Below are positions 59,569 to 64,000 of a DNA stretch of 64,000 nucleotides, in pieces. Each line of letters opens with the position of its first letter. Position 1 is the stretch's first letter. The notes under the pieces were generated by a model that worked only from the letters and a program-made list of their open reading frames with translations, was not told the origin of the DNA and searched no databases. The stretch is from a bacterium (GTDB taxonomy: Bacteria; Electryoneota; Electryoneia; Electryoneales; Electryoneaceae). Location: positions 1,120,001 to 1,184,000 of the forward strand of contig OY769902.1 in NCBI GenBank assembly GCA_963669175.1, in the 5' to 3' direction. A program made the translations under genes and the position numbers.

Positions 59569-61599
59569 ATGCAGAAAGTGAGGTTGCTGCTGACAGTGTG
59601 TGTGTTCCTTTCTGTTGTTTCAGCAGGGGGCAGTTTTGCTTATGACCGTGTAGTTCTGATTGAAGATTTCACAAATATAAATTGTTCACCTTGCTTTGAA
59701 GTTGCTTCAAGGCTGTATAATTTTATTGATAATAATATGGAAGATGTTGCTGTTGTAATAACGCATACATATTGGGAAGAAGATGATGATCCCTGGTTTT
59801 TGCATGCTATGGATGCCTCTATAACACGAATGGAATATTACGATGTGCCTGGGATACCATACTTGTTGATGGACGGACAACATATCGCTTATGCCCCGGG
59901 TATCATGCAAAACACCCTCCAGAGCCTGATGGAACAGGAAAGCCCGGTCGAGATCGAGTTGCTTCCGATTGTTATGGATGGAGATTCTGTTCATGTCCTG
60001 GTAACTGTGAACAGTGGTGATGAAGAGGTTGTAGGCAATTATTATTGTTTAAGGGTAGCACTGGTTGAATACTATTCACCCTATGAAGCGCCGAATGGAC
60101 AGGATGATTGGTACTATGGCTTGCATGCTTACCAACCGGATGCGGACGGAACAGCTTTTTCAATTGAAGCCAACTCCACAGAGGACTTCCAGTTCACATT
60201 TGAATGGTCAGATCGGTATGACGCAGAAAACCTCAGAGTGACAGCCTATATCCAGAATGACTACAACCGTGAGGTTATTCAGGCTGCAATGTCAACGCCT
60301 GTTCCTTATTATGCTTTCACGGCCGAAACCACGGAATACAGATCGATTTGTGATCCGAACAGCATGGTTGAGTTCGAAATTAATCTTGAGAATCTGGGGT
60401 ATATGGCCGATACATATGCTGTCGAACTCAATTCAGGAATGCCGGATTCATGGTCTATAACCTATTCTACCCCGGACGGCGAGCAGTCTGGGAACAGTAG
60501 CATTTCGCTTGATGCCGGTGAAGTATATCCTGTTCATGTGTCTATTGAAACAGACGAAGAAAGGGGCGCGTCCGGTTTGTTGACCCTGACATTCATTTCT
60601 TCAGCCGACCCTGAAGAAACCTGTGAGGTCAGTTATTATGTATTGAATACGCCACATGTGCTTGTAATCAATGGCGATTCCGACGATTCATATGAGGACT
60701 ATTTTTCCGGATCCCTTGGCTATGCATCGGAAGCTATACGGGACGAGCCCCTCAGTTACAGCGTCTGGCCCATTTGGCAGTATGACTTGGACGCGTTTGA
60801 TTTGGGTAGGCTTTCGGCAGAGGCTATTATCTGGTTTACGGGCGATCATGGCAGTTTTACCGATGCCCATTTGATGGGCCTTCGTTCTTACCTGATCAAC
60901 GGCGGGAATCTCTGGATTAGTGGCAGTGGCGCGCCACAAAGCATTGATGGGACAAACCTGCTGAATATGATGGGCGTAGAATCCCATGATAACTATCCGA
61001 GCGCTTCAGTTGCCTATGGAGTTGATGATGATCCGGTGGGGGATAACCTGTCATTTAATCTGTGCGGTGGCGATGGCGCGGACAATCTGGGTAATCCTGC
61101 AACATTGACTGCAAACAATGGTACTCCGTGTCTCATGTACTACGCCAACTGTTGCGCCGGTATGCGCAATGGGGGACAACTTGGTTATCGCACGTTACTA
61201 CTTGGATTTCCCTTCGAGGCCATCGCGGATAGCAACAGTCGGAACGAACTAATGTTGCAGGCATTGAGCTGGTTGGTTGAAAATGAGTCCAATATTTGTC
61301 CAGCTCAGCAGGAGAATGTATTACCCGGGGCATTCAGCTTATACCAGAATCATCCGAACCCCTTCAACCCGACCACAGAGATCGTGTTCACCCTTCCTGA
61401 CCGTGCGGAGGTATCGGTTACTGTGTTTGATGTGATGGGACGTGTAGTGGTCCATTTGGCGAACGGAACATGCACCGCCGGCAGTCATCAGCTTACGTTC
61501 GACGGTAGCCACCTGGCCAGCGGCGTCTATTTCTGCCGTATGACTGTGACCGGTGAACAGAGTTTCGAAGCCACGCGAAAGATGATGCTGATGAAGTAA
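59569..61599 (+). CDS. Secreted Omp28-like thioredoxin-fold protein (CxxC) with C-terminal sorting domain, paralog of 56633-58669
   Basis: Signal peptide, VVLIEDFTNINCSPC, YYDVPGIP cis-Pro loop, colinear with the upstream gene. Confidence 0.85.
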   Translation: MQKVRLLLTVCVFLSVVSAGGSFAYDRVVLIEDFTNINCSPCFEVASRLYNFIDNNMEDVAVVITHTYWEEDDDPWFLHAMDASITRMEYYDVPGIPYLLMDGQHIAYAPGIMQNTLQSLMEQESPVEIELLPIVMDGDSVHVLVTVNSGDEEVVGNYYCLRVALVEYYSPYEAPNGQDDWYYGLHAYQPDADGTAFSIEANSTEDFQFTFEWSDRYDAENLRVTAYIQNDYNREVIQAAMSTPVPYYAFTAETTEYRSICDPNSMVEFEINLENLGYMADTYAVELNSGMPDSWSITYSTPDGEQSGNSSISLDAGEVYPVHVSIETDEERGASGLLTLTFISSADPEETCEVSYYVLNTPHVLVINGDSDDSYEDYFSGSLGYASEAIRDEPLSYSVWPIWQYDLDAFDLGRLSAEAIIWFTGDHGSFTDAHLMGLRSYLINGGNLWISGSGAPQSIDGTNLLNMMGVESHDNYPSASVAYGVDDDPVGDNLSFNLCGGDGADNLGNPATLTANNGTPCLMYYANCCAGMRNGGQLGYRTLLLGFPFEAIADSNSRNELMLQALSWLVENESNICPAQQENVLPGAFSLYQNHPNPFNPTTEIVFTLPDRAEVSVTVFDVMGRVVVHLANGTCTAGSHQLTFDGSHLASGVYFCRMTVTGEQSFEATRKMMLMK

Positions 61600-61624
61600 C
61601 GATATAGTTTCATGGGTTAATAGA

Positions 61625-61657
61625 GAACAGCCCGGCAGGTTTCCTGCCGGGCTGTTC
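61625..61657. terminator. Bidirectional terminator-like hairpin
   Basis: gaacagcccggcagg-ttt-cctgccgggctgttc between convergent genes. Confidence 0.75.
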
Positions 61658-61677
61658 ATCAGGCAACAATCAATAGC

Positions 61678-62943
61678 CTATTCCATCTTCTTGTTCTTCG
61701 CGAAATAGAGTTCTTCGTCAAATTCACCTTCACTCTTGCCAACCACGGTTGTCGCCATCAAGTCACCGGTGATATTGATCATGGTGCGGGTCATATCAAG
61801 GACACGATCAACGCCAAGAATAATCCCGATGCCTTCCAGCGGCAGACCGATTTCAGTCAGCACCATGGACAGCATGATCAGGCCGACACCGGGAACGCCT
61901 GCAGTGCCGATACTGGCCAGGGTAGCCATCAGCACCACGGTGAAGAAGTCGCCCACGGTCAGCGGAATTCCATACACACCGGCGATGAATACCGTGGCTA
62001 CACCCTGCATGATCGCAGTGCCGTCCATGTTAATCGTAGCGCCGAGAGGGAGCGTGAAGGAGAATACCGTATCCTTGACCCCGACACGTTTTTCGGCAAC
62101 ATCCATAGTCACTGGTAGAGTGGCGTTGGAGGAGCTGGTGGAAAAGGCCACCACCATCGCGGGGTAAATATTCTTGAAAAACTGTATCGGATTCAATCTG
62201 CCAAGAAGTGACAGGTATAATGGATAGATAACGAACCCTTGCAGGAACAGGGCGCCGACAATGGTAGCCATGTATTTCAGCAGGGGGATGAACACTTCGA
62301 AGCCTTGGCTGACAATCACTTCCGCCATCAGGCCAAACACACCGATAGGTGCGAAATACATGATGAAGACGACCATTTTCTGAATGACCTGGTCGGCAGC
62401 CTCCAGGAAAGAATACAGCGGTGCGGCTTTCTCTTTAAGTGAAGCAATAGCCAACCCGGCAAGCATGGCGACAAAAATGATTTGCAGCATGTTGCCTTCA
62501 ACCATGGCGGAAAACGGGTTGGTGGGTACAATATTGACCAGGAGATCAATTACGGAAGGTTTATCCGCGCCCTGGAAACCCTGATCAACCGGGATGGACA
62601 AACCGGAACCGGGACGAACGATCCAGGCAAGCGCAAAACCGATGGAAATCGCAATCGCCGTGGTGGTGACATATATCCCCATCGTCTTGCCACCAATGCG
62701 CCCCAGCTTTTTCAGGTCGCCAATGGCTGCGGTGCCCAAGGTCAGGGAAACCAGCACCAGCGGGACGACCAGGAGACGGATGCCATGCAGAAAGATGTTG
62801 CCGACAGGATCGTGAAAATATTTGACGATGAAATCGTTGACAGAATCAGGTAAAATCAGGTATTGCAGCAAACCAACTACGATACCGGCGCCCAACCCGA
62901 TCATGATCCACGCTGTAAGCCCCAGTTTCCGTCCGGAAGCCAT
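61678..62943 (-). CDS. Dicarboxylate/amino acid:cation symporter (DAACS)
   Basis: FSTSSSNATLP, LGATINMDGT, GTAGVPG, DRVLDMTRT..N..GD. Confidence 0.93.
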   Translation of the reverse strand: MASGRKLGLTAWIMIGLGAGIVVGLLQYLILPDSVNDFIVKYFHDPVGNIFLHGIRLLVVPLVLVSLTLGTAAIGDLKKLGRIGGKTMGIYVTTTAIAISIGFALAWIVRPGSGLSIPVDQGFQGADKPSVIDLLVNIVPTNPFSAMVEGNMLQIIFVAMLAGLAIASLKEKAAPLYSFLEAADQVIQKMVVFIMYFAPIGVFGLMAEVIVSQGFEVFIPLLKYMATIVGALFLQGFVIYPLYLSLLGRLNPIQFFKNIYPAMVVAFSTSSSNATLPVTMDVAEKRVGVKDTVFSFTLPLGATINMDGTAIMQGVATVFIAGVYGIPLTVGDFFTVVLMATLASIGTAGVPGVGLIMLSMVLTEIGLPLEGIGIILGVDRVLDMTRTMINITGDLMATTVVGKSEGEFDEELYFAKNKKME

Positions 62944-63056
62944 GTCTCCTCCATGTTGTACCGTCAGGAAGGTAGTGAATCTTGCTGCTTCTCCCAAGTG
63001 TTCACGGGCTGGAGGGGCAAGATGATTTGGAAAAGATGGTAGAGCGGGAGAAGCTG

Positions 63057-63608
63057 TTATTTTCCGGTGGGAGAATCGGGGTGGAGTGGAATGATGTTCT
63101 TGCCGGAAGCAGGTTCAACCCGCTTATTCACCGGGTAATGCGTCGCCTCGTGCATGTCATTGGTCTGTTGCTGAAAATCTTTCAGGCTCAGCATTTCACC
63201 ATAACGGTTCAGCAGGATGTGCACCGTATCAAAGACTGCGTAATTTGCCTGAATCACGCGGCCATTCATCGTGTCCATGCGTTTCAGCACAGACTCAACC
63301 CCCGCAGGACGGTCCAGGTTGTCACCATGATCACGGAAAAATCGGAATGCCAACTCTTTGTGGTCCTTCCGTGCCTGGTCAATCTGTTCCGACAACTGAA
63401 TATCCGAAAGACCACATTCCAGCAGTAAAGCATCAATTTCTTTTGAACCGGGAAGTTGATTTCGATCTGGTAAGGTCTCCCTGCGGCAAATGGCGTAAAG
63501 CATGTCCAGCAATACTTCAAGACCGTTTTCCATCTGGTGTAGATGGTTCATGGTCTCACCGTATTTACGAAACAACTGAGCTTGAGCCAGGTAAAGCTGT
63601 TTGTCCAT
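63057..63608 (-). CDS. Hypothetical protein
   Basis: Longest ORF in the interval with helical soluble composition. Start uncertain. Confidence 0.55.
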   Translation of the reverse strand: MDKQLYLAQAQLFRKYGETMNHLHQMENGLEVLLDMLYAICRRETLPDRNQLPGSKEIDALLLECGLSDIQLSEQIDQARKDHKELAFRFFRDHGDNLDRPAGVESVLKRMDTMNGRVIQANYAVFDTVHILLNRYGEMLSLKDFQQQTNDMHEATHYPVNKRVEPASGKNIIPLHPDSPTGK

Positions 63609-63729
63609 GATTCTTCGATTGCTGTTGCTGTATACCAATATTCCAAGATAGGTCAATCCTTGTACGATGTAAAAGGATTGTTATCGCAACCATACAGTAG
63701 TTCCCGAGAGTTTTACTGATTCGAACAAT

Positions 63730-63945
63730 AATCAGCCTGCTTCAGCAGGCTCTTCTTAGCACCCGGCTAAAGCCCTGTCTCTTACCCACATCTTCTGAAA
63801 GCTGTATCAGTAAAAGAGTTGTGGACATAGCATTTTTAGAATCCCGGCGGGATTCCCTATTTTAGCATAGTGTACAGGCCGTCTGTTTGGCCTGTACACT
63901 ATGTCAGGTATTCTAACGAATAATCAACCCTGGAAGGGTTGCATA
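63730..63945. repeat. REP-like hairpin cluster
   Basis: agcctgcttcagcaggct, catagtgtacaggcc-gtctgttt-ggcctgtacactatg, aaccctggaagggtt. The ccgtctgtttggc loop also occurs in MITE family B. Confidence 0.55.
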
Positions 63946-64000
63946 ATACGCGATTCATATTAGTACGTTCAATAAATACAGGAAATAACGCATTTTAAAT

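Noticed and set aside
58415-61600. Diversity-generating retroelement TR/VR pair
   Set aside because: Differences are not adenine-specific, both copies are coding CTDs, and there is no RT gene in the window

Overview
Bacterial chromosomal segment of moderate GC. It probably comes from a non-Bacteroidota FCB-type diderm (inference from several secreted proteins ending in a PNPFN...SGVY C-terminal sorting domain, a PorV-like gene, LptD and a TonB/ExbBD set). Most of it is housekeeping and envelope genes (S41 protease, exbB-exbD-exbD-tonB, upp, pepF, cdaA-lysC-SpoIID, fadD, plsC, cmk, lptD, rarA, DAACS symporter). The most notable locus is 56.6-61.6 kb. It holds an un-called secreted thioredoxin-fold (Omp28-like) protein with an in-frame TGA in a W-U-P-Y-C motif followed by a SECIS-like hairpin (probable selenoprotein), then an ORF-less group IIC intron just behind its terminator, then a Cys-containing paralog (C-S-P-C) with a different-sequence hairpin in the same register. 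Other accessory signals are an AT-rich ABC-ATPase + PIN two-gene cassette (candidate defence module), two MITE families (one with 8-bp target duplications and a four-motif core with two alternative folds), orphan 3' gene fragments fused to truncated MITEs, REP-like quartets, and a ~215-nt rod-shaped candidate ncRNA upstream of fadD. All calls were made by eye from the sequence and the ORF track; no searches were run.
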